64,000 nucleotides of DNA from an uncultured Spirochaetota bacterium (GTDB taxonomy: Bacteria; Spirochaetota; Brevinematia; Brevinematales; JAOACQ01). This document shows positions 30,745 through 41,333 of the stretch, piece after piece. A program made the translations under genes and the position numbers. Location: the NCBI GenBank assembly GCA_963835575.1, contig CAWIGG010000006.1, positions 96,001 to 160,000 of the forward strand, written 5' to 3'. Below the pieces are notes generated by a model, which saw nothing but the letters and a program-made list of their open reading frames with translations, did no database searches and was not told the DNA's origin. Numbering within the stretch: position 1 is the stretch's first letter; each line of letters opens with the position of its first letter.

Positions 30745-33700
30745 ATGCCCAAAAGGACAGATATCCATAAAATCCTGATCATAGGTGCCGGGCCGATCGT
30801 CATCGGCCAGGCCTGCGAATTCGACTATTCAGGCACACAGGCCTGCAAGGCCCTCCGCGAGGAAGGCTTTGAGGTCGTGCTGATCAATTCCAACCCCGCT
30901 ACGATCATGACGGACCCGGAAATGGCCGACAGGACCTATATCGAGCCGATCACGACGGAATATCTCGAGAAGATCATAGAAAAAGAGCGGCCCGACGCGC
31001 TTCTGCCCACGCTGGGCGGCCAGACTGCCCTGAACGCCGCCGTCAAGCTTTATGAAGAAGGGATACTCGATAAATACAAGGTTGAAATGATCGGGGCCAA
31101 TTACGAGGCGATAAAAAAAGGCGAGGACAGGGAGGAGTTCAACAAAGCGATGAAGCGGATCGGGCTCAAGGTGCCGGACAGCTTTATCATTCATTCGCTT
31201 GATGAAGCCCTTGCCGTTGTCGATAAAATCGGGTTCCCGAACGTCATCCGCCCGGCTTATACCCTCGGCGGCACCGGCGGCGGGATCGCGTACAATATTG
31301 ACGAGTTTAAAGAAGTCATAAAAAGAGGACTCGACGCGAGCATCAAGAACGAGGTCCAGATCGATAAATCGCTCCTGGGCTGGAAGGAATATGAGCTCGA
31401 GGTGATGCGCGACAAGATGGACAATGTCGTCATTGTCTGTTCGATCGAGAACTTCGACCCGATGGGCGTCCATACGGGCGATTCCATTACAGTAGCGCCG
31501 GCGCAGACCCTGACGGACAGGGAATACCAGAGGCTCAGGGACTATTCCATCGCCATCATCCGCGAGATCGGCGTCGACACGGGCGGGTCCAATATCCAGT
31601 TTGCCGTCAGCCCGGATAACGGCGATGTGATCGTCATCGAAATGAACCCGCGCGTTTCGCGGAGCTCGGCGCTGGCGTCAAAAGCCACGGGCTTTCCCAT
31701 CGCAAAAATCGCGGCGAAACTCGCCGTCGGCTACACCCTGGATGAGATCCCCAACGACATCACAAAAGAGACGCCGGCCTCGTTCGAGCCGACGCTGGAT
31801 TATGTCGTCGTCAAAATCCCCCGCTTTAATTTTGAGAAATTCAAGGAAACAAAACCCGTCCTCGGCACGCAGATGAAATCTGTGGGCGAGGTGATGGCCA
31901 TCGGGAGGACTTTCAAGGAAGCGCTTCAGAAAGGAATGCGCTCCCTTGAAAATAAATACACGGGATTGAACGACTATCTTTATGGAAAGGGCGATATTTC
32001 TCTGGAAGAGCTTAAGAAAATACTGCCGGAAAAGCTCCGCATCCCCAATCCCGAGAGGATCATCGCGGTCAAGGACGCCATCAACGCCGGGTTTACGCCG
32101 GATGAAATATTTAATTATTCAAAAATCGATAAATGGTTCCTGTTCAACATAAAGGAAATTGTTGATATGGAATCAAGCCTTAAGGGAAAGAAGCTGGAAG
32201 AGCTTGACCGGGACAGTATGAAAGAGATCAAGCAGTACGGGTTTTCCGACTGTCAGCTTTCAGACCTTCTCGTTGGGGACCCGGGCGAGCTGAAGGTCAG
32301 GAAATACAGAAAGTCGCTCGGCGTGGAGCCGACGTATAAGCTCGTCGATACCTGCGCCGCCGAGTTCCAGGCAAAGACTCCTTATTTTTACTCGACGTAC
32401 GAGGATGAGGACGAGGCGTTTCCCACTCAGAATAAAAAAGTGATGATACTGGGCAGCGGCCCGAACCGCATCGGACAGGGTATCGAGTTCGACTATGCCT
32501 GCGTGCATTGTTCTATGGCCCTGCGTGAAGAAGGCTATGAGACGATCATGGTCAATTCCAACCCCGAGACCGTATCGACCGATTACGATATCTCCAGCAA
32601 GCTCTATTTCGAGCCGCTGACATTCGAAGATGTTATGAATATTTATGAAAAGGAAAAACCGCTGGGCATTGTGCTTCAGTTCGGCGGGCAGACTCCGCTG
32701 AAGCTCGCGGTGCCTCTGACGAAGGCCGGCGTTCCCATCCTGGGAACTTCGTCGGAATCGATCGATATAGCGGAGGACCGCGACCGTTTTCATGACCTGA
32801 TCGAAAGGCTCGGTTTTAAACAGCCGCCTTCAGCAACGGCAAAGAATTTCAAAGAGGCCGCGGAGATAGCCGAAAGGATAGGCTATCCCATACTGGCGCG
32901 CCCTTCCTATGTGCTGGGCGGCCGCGCGATGCTGATCGTTTACGGCAGGGAAGAGCTGGAAAAGTATATGAAGGAAGAGGCCGAGTCTCTGAAGGACGGC
33001 CCGGTTTTAATCGATAAATTTCTGGAGAACGCGCAGGAAATCGATGTCGACGCCATCGGCGACGGAAAAGATGTCGTTGCGGCCGGTATCATGCAGCACA
33101 TCGAACAGGCCGGCATCCATTCCGGCGACAGCGCGATGATCCTTCCGCCCATCACGGTGGATAAAAAAATGCTGAAGGAGATCGAGCGCCAGTCCATCGC
33201 CGTCGGCAAGGCCCTTGAAGTCAAAGGCCTGATGAATATCCAGTACGCCATAAAGGACGGGGATCTTTATTTTATAGAGGTCAACCCTCGCGCTTCCCGC
33301 ACCGTTCCTTTTGTCAGCAAGGCGACGGGGGTCCAGTGGGCGAAAATGGCTTCAAAGGTCATGGTCGGACACAGCCTTAAGAGCCTCGGCATCACAGGCT
33401 ATAAAGAACCGTCCTATATTTCCGTCAAGGAAGTGGTGATCCCGTTCAATAAATTTCCCGATGTCGACGCCGTTCTCGGGCCCGAAATGAAATCGACGGG
33501 CGAAGTGATGGGCATCGATACCGGCTTCGGTACGGCCTTTCTGAAAAGCCAGCTGGCGGCCGGGGAAAAGCTTCCCAGGGACGGGACTGTGCTTGTCACG
33601 GTGAACAACCAGGACAAGCCGAAAATCGTCAGGCCGCTTCAGAAGCTCCGGGCCCTCGGATATAAAATCATTTCGACATCGGGCACGGCGCAGTATTTGA

Positions 33701-33975
33701 AGGACAATAAAATAGAAAGCGGTGTTGTCCTGAAGCTGTCGGAAGGCAGGCCGAACATCATCGACGAGATCAAGAACGGCGCCGTCCAGTTCATCTTCAA
33801 TACGCCGGCCGGCAAGGAAGCCCACGCGGACAACACCTATATCCGCAAAACGGCGACAACTCTTAAAATACCCCTCTTTACCACAATACAGGCTATGGTG
33901 GCCCTAGCCGAGGCGCTGGAAGCGCTTCATCATAAGCCGGCGGATGTTAAACCCCTGCAGGAATATTATAAATAA
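30745..33975 (+). CDS. carB: carbamoyl-phosphate synthase large subunit
   Basis: [30 protein letters not shown], duplicated ATP-grasp halves, C-terminal MGS domain. Confidence 0.99.
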   Translation: MPKRTDIHKILIIGAGPIVIGQACEFDYSGTQACKALREEGFEVVLINSNPATIMTDPEMADRTYIEPITTEYLEKIIEKERPDALLPTLGGQTALNAAVKLYEEGILDKYKVEMIGANYEAIKKGEDREEFNKAMKRIGLKVPDSFIIHSLDEALAVVDKIGFPNVIRPAYTLGGTGGGIAYNIDEFKEVIKRGLDASIKNEVQIDKSLLGWKEYELEVMRDKMDNVVIVCSIENFDPMGVHTGDSITVAPAQTLTDREYQRLRDYSIAIIREIGVDTGGSNIQFAVSPDNGDVIVIEMNPRVSRSSALASKATGFPIAKIAAKLAVGYTLDEIPNDITKETPASFEPTLDYVVVKIPRFNFEKFKETKPVLGTQMKSVGEVMAIGRTFKEALQKGMRSLENKYTGLNDYLYGKGDISLEELKKILPEKLRIPNPERIIAVKDAINAGFTPDEIFNYSKIDKWFLFNIKEIVDMESSLKGKKLEELDRDSMKEIKQYGFSDCQLSDLLVGDPGELKVRKYRKSLGVEPTYKLVDTCAAEFQAKTPYFYSTYEDEDEAFPTQNKKVMILGSGPNRIGQGIEFDYACVHCSMALREEGYETIMVNSNPETVSTDYDISSKLYFEPLTFEDVMNIYEKEKPLGIVLQFGGQTPLKLAVPLTKAGVPILGTSSESIDIAEDRDRFHDLIERLGFKQPPSATAKNFKEAAEIAERIGYPILARPSYVLGGRAMLIVYGREELEKYMKEEAESLKDGPVLIDKFLENAQEIDVDAIGDGKDVVAAGIMQHIEQAGIHSGDSAMILPPITVDKKMLKEIERQSIAVGKALEVKGLMNIQYAIKDGDLYFIEVNPRASRTVPFVSKATGVQWAKMASKVMVGHSLKSLGITGYKEPSYISVKEVVIPFNKFPDVDAVLGPEMKSTGEVMGIDTGFGTAFLKSQLAAGEKLPRDGTVLVTVNNQDKPKIVRPLQKLRALGYKIISTSGTAQYLKDNKIESGVVLKLSEGRPNIIDEIKNGAVQFIFNTPAGKEAHADNTYIRKTATTLKIPLFTTIQAMVALAEALEALHHKPADVKPLQEYYK

Positions 33976-34020
33976 AACAATTTATAAATAATATTTTTTA
34001 ACTTCACAATAGGATAATTC

Positions 34021-34089
34021 AGGCCTCACCCCCGTCCCCTCTCCAAATTTGGAGAGGGGTGCCGAGCTTTGCGAGGCGGGGTGAAGCCT
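34021..34089. repeat. REP-like palindrome downstream of carB
   Basis: CCTCACCCC..CCCCTCTCCAAATTTGGAGAGGGG..GGGGTGAAG. Confidence 0.7.
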
Positions 34090-34180
34090 CAAAGCCTTTT
34101 TCAATTTATTTATTGTTTTGATAAAATAGTGCGCTTGCTATAAAATAGCAGAATAAAATATTTATATTATAAAAATAGAT

Positions 34181-35380
34181 ATGAAAGAAAATAATATTCC
34201 GAAAAGAAAAAACCATTGCCCGATAATCCTTCTCCATGGCTTTCTTGGCTTCGGGCGTGACGAGGGCCTCGGCATCCGCTACTGGGGCGGCCTGCAGGAC
34301 ATGCAGGAGATTTTGAGGAAAGACGGCTATGAAGTCTATACGGCGTCTGTCGGGCCTGTATCAAGCAACTGGGACAGGGCCTGCGAGCTTTACGCATGCA
34401 TCAAAGGCGGCAGGGTGGACTACGGCGCGGCGCATTCAAAAAAGTACGGTCATCAAAGGTTCGGAAGGTCATATCCCGGACTCTATCCGGAGTGGGGAGA
34501 AAAAGACAAAAAAACGGGCCGGGTCAAAAAAGTGCATATTCTGGCCCACAGCCAGGGCGGTCAGACCGCCCGGATGTTGGTCCAGCTTCTGGAAGCCGGT
34601 TTCCCGGGAGAAAAGAAAAAAAGCAAAGGCGGCTTCAGCCCGCTCTTTAAAGGCGGAAAGCGCTGGGTTTCCGGCCTGATGACGGTTAGTTCCCCGCACG
34701 ACGGTACCACTTTGGCATCACAGTTCAAATATGATAATCCCGTCTTCAGGAAATTCCTCAGTAACCTGATATTTCTGGTTAAAAAACCGGTATACGATTT
34801 CAAGCTGGAACACTGGGGCCTTGTCCGAAAAAAAGGCGAACCGGCGCTGGATTATATAGACAGGATTTTCAGCGACAGGAACTGGTACTTTACTGATGAC
34901 GGCTGTTTTTATGATACAAAGCCCGAGGGAGCGGCTGCGATGAACAGGTGGGTCGCCGCCAGGCCGGACGTTTATTATTTTTCATGGAGCACCATGGATA
35001 CCAAAGATAAAAAAGGCTGGCAGGTTCCCGGGTTCTGGATGAACCCCTTTATCAGGAGATCGGCCCGGCTTATCGGTTCCTATATGCAGAAGGGAAACGG
35101 GCTTGTCGCTGTCGACAGCCGCTGGTTTGAAAACGACGGCGTCGTCAATACCATTTCCATGAACGGGCCCAAGATCAATTCGAAGGATAAAATCATCAAA
35201 TATAATGGCAGGCCCCGGCCCGGCGTCTGGAATGACATGGGCCGTATCGGCTCCACGGACCATATCGACATCATCGGCTTCAAAACGCTCCCATGGTACA
35301 GGCCTGATGGGTTCAAAAGTCTTACCGGCTGGTACCGCTATAACGCCGCTCTTCTGGCGTCGCTCCCCGAGCGGGATTAA
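34181..35380 (+). CDS. lipase (alpha/beta hydrolase)
   Basis: PIILLHGFLG, SSNWDRACE, nucleophile AHSQGG, ENDGVV, DHIDIIG. Confidence 0.92.
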   Translation: MKENNIPKRKNHCPIILLHGFLGFGRDEGLGIRYWGGLQDMQEILRKDGYEVYTASVGPVSSNWDRACELYACIKGGRVDYGAAHSKKYGHQRFGRSYPGLYPEWGEKDKKTGRVKKVHILAHSQGGQTARMLVQLLEAGFPGEKKKSKGGFSPLFKGGKRWVSGLMTVSSPHDGTTLASQFKYDNPVFRKFLSNLIFLVKKPVYDFKLEHWGLVRKKGEPALDYIDRIFSDRNWYFTDDGCFYDTKPEGAAAMNRWVAARPDVYYFSWSTMDTKDKKGWQVPGFWMNPFIRRSARLIGSYMQKGNGLVAVDSRWFENDGVVNTISMNGPKINSKDKIIKYNGRPRPGVWNDMGRIGSTDHIDIIGFKTLPWYRPDGFKSLTGWYRYNAALLASLPERD

Positions 35381-35539
35381 TATTTACATTTGAAAATTTT
35401 CAGTTCCGTTAAAATATGCTATAATGATTCAGATTCTGAATTTCATACAGCATGACAATGTAATATGGCTCTATCACCCTTATTAACGGTCCTGCGCCTG
35501 ATATTGCGTCGTCTGATAGATAATCCCGGGAGAATTATT

Positions 35540-37363
35540 GTGAATAGAAAAAAATCAATCTGGATTTATACTGCAATTTATTTTATATTGATTTTATTTG
35601 TATTTTTTATAATAGAAATCTCTTTGAGGCTGGCCGGAGCGGGTTACAGCACGGATTTTTTTCTCAAGACAACTGTTAATAACAAGCTATACCTGACGCC
35701 TAACAGCCTTTTTATGGCGCAGTATATGACAAAAAACAATGTCACGGTACCCGAATGCCCGCCTTTTTATTTTCCGGCCGAAAAGGGGTCTTCCGTATTC
35801 AGGATTTATGTCATCGGGGAATCGACAAGCCAGGGGTTCCCTTATTCGAAGACTGAGGCGTTCCCCTACCGGATGGGACAGATGCTGAACAGCCTTGAAT
35901 TGGGGAAGAAGGCTGAAGTAATCAATTTTTCCATGTCGGCCGTAAATTCCCACATCGGGCTCGTCCTGGCAAAAGAAGCCGTCAAATACCCGCCCGATCT
36001 GGTCATCATCTATTTCGGGCATAATGAGTTCATCGGAATCGGCGGGGCGGCAGAGTTCAATTCCATTGGATTTCAAATTAATACTCTCCTTTCACAACTC
36101 CGAATTTATCAGCTCATAAAAGAAGCTGTTTCCGGCTTCGGGAATCAGGAAAGAAACGATTTGATGACCGAAATGGCGCGGAAACAGGGGATAATTTACG
36201 GTTCGGATCTATACCGGAAAACTGTCAGCGATTTCAGCAATAATTACGAGGGAATGATCAAACTTTTTCAATCCCGGGGCATACCGGTGATCGCCTGCGG
36301 TACCGCGGCCAATCTCAAGGACTTCCCGCCGGTCATGGGCGGGTTCCTTCAGAGCAATACCGGACCTGATCTGGAAATGATCATTAATAAAAATCCAAAG
36401 GGACCTGATAAGGAAAAACTGGATGCCGTCATAAAAAATAATGCCGGGGCCTGTTTTATGGCGGGAAAACTATTCTTGAAAAATAAGAACACCCAGCTCG
36501 CGCGTTTTTATTTCCGGAAGGCCTGCGACCTGGATAGTCTCCGCTTCCGCGCTTCGTCGGAAATACAGGCCGCCGTTTCCAGCCTTGCGCAAAAATACGG
36601 CTGCCTGTATATTGATATGCAGGCAATACTGGACGGCTTTGACAGGGACGGGATCAGCGGCGACGCCCTCATCCTCGAGCATGTCCACCCGACTCTTGAA
36701 AGCGCCGGCATTATGGCGGAAAAACTTGCCGATATGATAATCTCTAATTATTTTAAAATGATGCCGCCGGTAAAATACAATATTACGCTTTATTCAACGC
36801 TGGTCGAGAAGGAATCCGCCGCCGGCAAACTGCGGAACCTCTTCAGCGTCTATCCTTTTACGGCCGTTAAATATTTCAACCCGAAGGGTTTTGAAGGGCT
36901 CTATGATATCAGGATTGACCCGCTGAAAAAAGGACGGCTTCTGATGGAGCCGAAAAAAGGCATTGATACAAATGAGCTGGCGCTGGTCTCGAAATGGCTT
37001 TCGCCGGGCGATACCCTGGACGATGTCCATGTAAAGTTCGGACATTATCTTTTTGCCGGGAAGAACGGGAGGCAGAGGGCTGAAATGGAGTTCCGGACGG
37101 CGTTCGAGGAAAATCCCCTGAATTTTTACGCGGCGAATAACCTGGCCGTGATGAGGCTTACCGGCGGGGATATTGACGGCGGCCTCGAAATGCTTGAAGA
37201 TCTTTATACAAGGAGATTCAGAGACAAAGAGTTCCTGGAAAACCTCTGGCTGGTCTATTCTAAACAGCAGAAATTCGAGGAATCAAAAAAAATAGAAAAA
37301 ATACTGCTCCCTCTGGGGGCGGATTTGAATTCCATTCAAGAACTCCTGATTATAGGGCTTTAG
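35540..37363 (+). CDS. membrane-anchored SGNH/GDSL-like protein with TPR-like repeats
   Basis: N-terminal TM, IGESTSQG, YFGHNE, EHVHP; GTG start after GGAG (ORF track start 35465). Confidence 0.8.
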   Translation: MNRKKSIWIYTAIYFILILFVFFIIEISLRLAGAGYSTDFFLKTTVNNKLYLTPNSLFMAQYMTKNNVTVPECPPFYFPAEKGSSVFRIYVIGESTSQGFPYSKTEAFPYRMGQMLNSLELGKKAEVINFSMSAVNSHIGLVLAKEAVKYPPDLVIIYFGHNEFIGIGGAAEFNSIGFQINTLLSQLRIYQLIKEAVSGFGNQERNDLMTEMARKQGIIYGSDLYRKTVSDFSNNYEGMIKLFQSRGIPVIACGTAANLKDFPPVMGGFLQSNTGPDLEMIINKNPKGPDKEKLDAVIKNNAGACFMAGKLFLKNKNTQLARFYFRKACDLDSLRFRASSEIQAAVSSLAQKYGCLYIDMQAILDGFDRDGISGDALILEHVHPTLESAGIMAEKLADMIISNYFKMMPPVKYNITLYSTLVEKESAAGKLRNLFSVYPFTAVKYFNPKGFEGLYDIRIDPLKKGRLLMEPKKGIDTNELALVSKWLSPGDTLDDVHVKFGHYLFAGKNGRQRAEMEFRTAFEENPLNFYAANNLAVMRLTGGDIDGGLEMLEDLYTRRFRDKEFLENLWLVYSKQQKFEESKKIEKILLPLGADLNSIQELLIIGL

Positions 37364-37385
37364 TTGATGAAGGGGGCTTTTTCTT

Positions 37386-39056
37386 ATGAGAAGAAAAATA
37401 TTTCTTCTTTGCTTTTTACTCATACCGGCTGTGCTTGCCTTTTCCGATCTGACAAGGGATTTGATCATGGCCGTCTCAAGAGGAAAATTGAAGGATGTGC
37501 AGAAGCTTATTGAAAAAGGCGCCAAGGTCAACGATCAGTACATCAAAGACAGGACGCCGCTCCATTGGGCGGTCCTTCAGCCGAATATCAAAATTACCGC
37601 TTATCTGATCGGTAAAGGCGCTGTGGTGGACGCCCGGGATAAAAACATGGCCACTCCTCTGCATTATTGCGCCCTTAAAAAAAATCTTGATATGGTCAAG
37701 CTCCTGGTGATGAAAGGCGCGGATATCAACGCCCCGGATAAATACGGATGGACCCCGCTGCATTATTTCACATACTATGAGGATGTCCTGGCCGTTAAAT
37801 ATCTCATCGTCCAGGGGGCCGTCCTGACGAACCAGTCCACGCAGAAAAATATCGATATCGACGAGAAATCAACCCCGCTTGATATCGCGATAAAGAAAAA
37901 TTATTCCAATATAATTACGGCGCTTGAAAATCCGGATAAATACATGAGGCTTTCAAAAAGGCCGGTCCTTTTTGTCTCCTGCGCGAAAAACCTGGGGCCG
38001 GATAATATCCTGATCGCCCCCAGAAAGGGCTTTCTGAATTTTACAGTGGAAAACAAGGGAGGATTTGAGGCGTATAATGTTACGCTTGAGATGGAGAAAA
38101 TCTCGAACTGCGGCGGGCTGACGCTGGAAAATCCCCCGGTTTTCGATCTCTGGAGCGGATGGAAGAGGGATTTTTCCATCGGAGTGGAGGCGGCCCCGGA
38201 TATAAAAGAAGGAACGGCGCTTTTCAGGGTCTACGCCCATGAAACGAATTCTTTTATTAAAAGCGAGGATATGATGCTGGAAATTCCCATAATGCCGCCC
38301 CAGCCGCCGGCTTTTGAAATAAGCGCATCAATGGATGAATCCCCGGACAAAGCTTTCCATGCCCGGCAGAAGAGCCATCTCCGGGTCGCGGTATTAAACA
38401 AAGGCAGAGGTTATTCTGAAAATACCCTTCTGCAGATAACGCCTGTCAAAGGCTGCGAAGAAATAGCTTTCAGCTCTGTCAGTAATATACCGTTCTCTCC
38501 GGGCGAGAAAAAATACTTTGACCTGACGGCGGAAACCTCATCTGACCTCAAGGACGGGACCGCGGAGTTTCTTGTTACGGCGCAGGACCCTTATTTTCAA
38601 ATAATGCAGTCTAATCTCATAAAGGTTGAGACAAAAAGGCTCTTAAAGCCGCTTCTGGCTGTTGAATTCCTTACTGACATGAAAATTGAACAATACAGCG
38701 TGACGAATTCACTCTCATCCAATCAGGGGGAGGGAGTAACCAATATAGTCATGTTTAAAACCAATATAGAGCCGCTGATAAAGATTTTCAACCGGGGCGA
38801 GGCATCGGCCAGGGATCTTTCATTCGACCTAAGGGTTTACGCCATTGAGACCAATAATCACAGGGAAACGAATCTCAATCAGGCTTTTCATTACAGCGTT
38901 CAGGAAATAAGGACAAATGATTTCATGATCCTGCAGGTACCGCTCTTCCTGACCAATTATCTTGATTATATGAATAATGTCTGGAATTTATCCGGAAATG
39001 ACGGGGAAAAACTTTCTTTTATTAATGCCAATCTTTCTATTGAAAATATGAAATAA
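37386..39056 (+). CDS. secreted ankyrin-repeat protein with C-terminal Ig-like domains
   Basis: Signal peptide; TPLHWA, TPLHYCA, GWTPLHY, TPLDIA repeats. Confidence 0.88.
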   Translation: MRRKIFLLCFLLIPAVLAFSDLTRDLIMAVSRGKLKDVQKLIEKGAKVNDQYIKDRTPLHWAVLQPNIKITAYLIGKGAVVDARDKNMATPLHYCALKKNLDMVKLLVMKGADINAPDKYGWTPLHYFTYYEDVLAVKYLIVQGAVLTNQSTQKNIDIDEKSTPLDIAIKKNYSNIITALENPDKYMRLSKRPVLFVSCAKNLGPDNILIAPRKGFLNFTVENKGGFEAYNVTLEMEKISNCGGLTLENPPVFDLWSGWKRDFSIGVEAAPDIKEGTALFRVYAHETNSFIKSEDMMLEIPIMPPQPPAFEISASMDESPDKAFHARQKSHLRVAVLNKGRGYSENTLLQITPVKGCEEIAFSSVSNIPFSPGEKKYFDLTAETSSDLKDGTAEFLVTAQDPYFQIMQSNLIKVETKRLLKPLLAVEFLTDMKIEQYSVTNSLSSNQGEGVTNIVMFKTNIEPLIKIFNRGEASARDLSFDLRVYAIETNNHRETNLNQAFHYSVQEIRTNDFMILQVPLFLTNYLDYMNNVWNLSGNDGEKLSFINANLSIENMK

Positions 39057-39157
39057 ACCGGGCATCAGCTCTTGAAACTTCTTTTCAGTATAAAAAATGT
39101 GATAAAACCGATGACCGCGGGAAGCTTTGAAGAAGAGGGGGCTGGATGGAACTGTCC

Positions 39158-40039
39158 TTAAAATGCGACGGTATATTTCTTTAAGAGTTTAAAGGGGGCG
39201 TAGCTGAGTTTCGCTTTCCTGAGGCCTTCAATGCCCATGTCCTGTTCCCGGTTAACAAAGGGGAATTTTTCCGCGGCCTCCTTCTGCATAAAGAGCTGGT
39301 TGATGATCTGAAAGCTGCCGGTATAGGCTGAATCCGCTTTTTCGAAATGGATGACAAAAGTCGTTTCGTTCAGCCGCTCGCCGAATGAAAAGGCCGCCAG
39401 CTTTCCTTGAACAAAAATCAGGCCTCCCGAGGCGTTCAGCCTGTCAAAATGGCCGATAAATTCCTGAAAGGCGGAATACTCGTCCAGAATGCTTTTGTCC
39501 ACTGCATGTTTTTCACCCATCCAGGTTTCAAAGAGCTCGAGGCATTGCTTTTGATATTGCGCTTCATAACGTTTATACTCAAACGGGTAATTTTCCCTGA
39601 ATTTTTTGACAAACCCTCTTTTCCCGTCGAGGCGCCAGCCTTTGAGAGTTGCAAGCGATGAGGATTTATAAATATAATCAAAGCTGTTCCTGTCGGCGAG
39701 GACCGTACAGCCGGGCTTTTTGATGTATTTTTTCTGGAATTCCGGCACAAGCTCGATCAGGCGGATATCGTGCTCCCTTCCGTAATCGATGAGGAAATTG
39801 AGCATTTTTTCACAGTCCTCGTACCCGATCGGAGGCAGGAAATACGGCCGGTCTTCCTTATCGCGGGCCGTCATAAGAAGACCATCCTCATAGACGGTAA
39901 ATTCGATATTTTTAGGTTTTGACCAGATGAAAAGATTGGTAAAAGTATATTCGGATATTTTCGGCAGATAAAGGGAAAAAAAGCGGTCGAAGACCGGTTT
40001 ATCTTCCATAGTAATGCTTTTAAAATTCAAGAGGTCCAT
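39158..40039 (-). CDS. DUF2156 family GNAT-like protein
   Basis: SEYTFTNLFIW, DYIY, IHFEKA, NREQDMGIEGLRKAKLSY. Confidence 0.9.
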   Translation of the reverse strand: MDLLNFKSITMEDKPVFDRFFSLYLPKISEYTFTNLFIWSKPKNIEFTVYEDGLLMTARDKEDRPYFLPPIGYEDCEKMLNFLIDYGREHDIRLIELVPEFQKKYIKKPGCTVLADRNSFDYIYKSSSLATLKGWRLDGKRGFVKKFRENYPFEYKRYEAQYQKQCLELFETWMGEKHAVDKSILDEYSAFQEFIGHFDRLNASGGLIFVQGKLAAFSFGERLNETTFVIHFEKADSAYTGSFQIINQLFMQKEAAEKFPFVNREQDMGIEGLRKAKLSYAPFKLLKKYTVAF

Positions 40040-40051
40040 ATTAACTCCGGT

Positions 40052-40378
40052 TTATTTAGTTTTTATGACTGTGTCTTCTATCCAGGCAAGATAATCTTCT
40101 GAGCCGCCTGTAATAGGCGTCGCGATGATTTCTGGGACCTGGTAAGGGTGAATTTTCTTGACGGCTTGTTCTATTTCGTCGAATAAATCCTGTTTGGTTT
40201 TAATAATCAAAGTCCATTCTTTTTTCTTTTCCCTTTTCCCCTTCCACCAATACAGGCTCTTTACAGGCCCGCCGATCTGCACGCATGCCGCAAGCCTTGC
40301 TTCCAGCAGGGCGTCCGCTATTTTATACGCCGGTTTTTTACTATTGACCGTGACCCTGATTTCTATATAATTGTTCAT
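40052..40378 (-). CDS. cutA: divalent-cation tolerance protein CutA
   Basis: RLAACVQ, SLYWWKG, HPYQVPEI, YLAWI. Confidence 0.95.
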   Translation of the reverse strand: MNNYIEIRVTVNSKKPAYKIADALLEARLAACVQIGGPVKSLYWWKGKREKKKEWTLIIKTKQDLFDEIEQAVKKIHPYQVPEIIATPITGGSEDYLAWIEDTVIKTK

Positions 40379-40435
40379 ATGAACCCTTAATTGATGTGCG
40401 GCACATCAGCTTTTAAGAAATTTTAATATTGATTA

Positions 40436-40574
40436 AAGACCTTTGCACGGTAAACTTAAGTTAATTCGCTACCTGATAAAACTTTAGGCAATAAATTGCC
40501 GCTTTAAACTGGACTTTTGCACGGTTTCTATTTAATTATCCGTTAATGGTTTGCGGAAACCGTGCAAAAGTCTT
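40436..40574. repeat. 139-bp MITE-like inverted-repeat element
   Basis: AAGACCTTTGCACGGT ... ACCGTGCAAAAGTCTT with a third copy GACTTTTGCACGGT at about 40512. Confidence 0.6.
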
Positions 40575-40622
40575 GATTAAATATAATAAAAAGAGAGTAA
40601 AAAGTGAAATTATCAAGTTTGT

Positions 40623-41309
40623 CTAGACAGTTTTTAAGCATTTCTCCTTTATCTTGAACGCATCGTTCAAATGAACGACCTGATGCCGCGCGGCGGGCAT
40701 CAGCAAAATTCCGGCCGTCGTTTTTCTGCCCCAGAAATCGATCAGCCAGACGGAATCTTTGTCTTCCAGAACGCCGCCTTCATCCAGAATCCGTTTGAGC
40801 CGGTCCGGGGCCGGTTTTTTTTTCATGTCTTCATACTTTAATCCGCCGATGATATGCCGGGTCTGCCGACCCACGGCCATGCGGTAATTCCGGAGTTCCG
40901 TCCAGTTGATTTTTGCGCTGAAATCAAGGATTTCATCCCTTGTCATGGCATTGCCCGTGTCCCGGACGGATGTGTTCAGCCGTTTGTTCCAATCACCGCT
41001 GTTTATGACCTGGCTGTCTCCTTCTATAAGGATATTAACGGTGATGTCCTCGATGCGCGTGATATGCCAGATATTCCATGCGATTGTCAGAGCATGGCCG
41101 GCCGGCAGGGCGCGGAACATGCTTTCCGTCAGGCCGTCCCACAATTTGTCCTCGAAGGTTTGCGTTTTACTGCCCGAAACGTCCGAAGCATGAAGCAGCG
41201 CATGCATTTCCAGGCAGAGGGAGACGGCCTCAATAAATCTTCCGGGGTTGTTGATGATTTCTTTCAGCCGTGATTGTTTCGGATTCCATTGAGCGGCGGA
41301 TATTGTCAT
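40623..41309 (-). CDS. DinB-like family protein
   Basis: TIAWNIWHITRIED and RHQVVHLN His motifs. Confidence 0.75.
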   Translation of the reverse strand: MTISAAQWNPKQSRLKEIINNPGRFIEAVSLCLEMHALLHASDVSGSKTQTFEDKLWDGLTESMFRALPAGHALTIAWNIWHITRIEDITVNILIEGDSQVINSGDWNKRLNTSVRDTGNAMTRDEILDFSAKINWTELRNYRMAVGRQTRHIIGGLKYEDMKKKPAPDRLKRILDEGGVLEDKDSVWLIDFWGRKTTAGILLMPAARHQVVHLNDAFKIKEKCLKTV

Positions 41310-41333
41310 ACTGTTTCCTTATTTACTGAAGAG

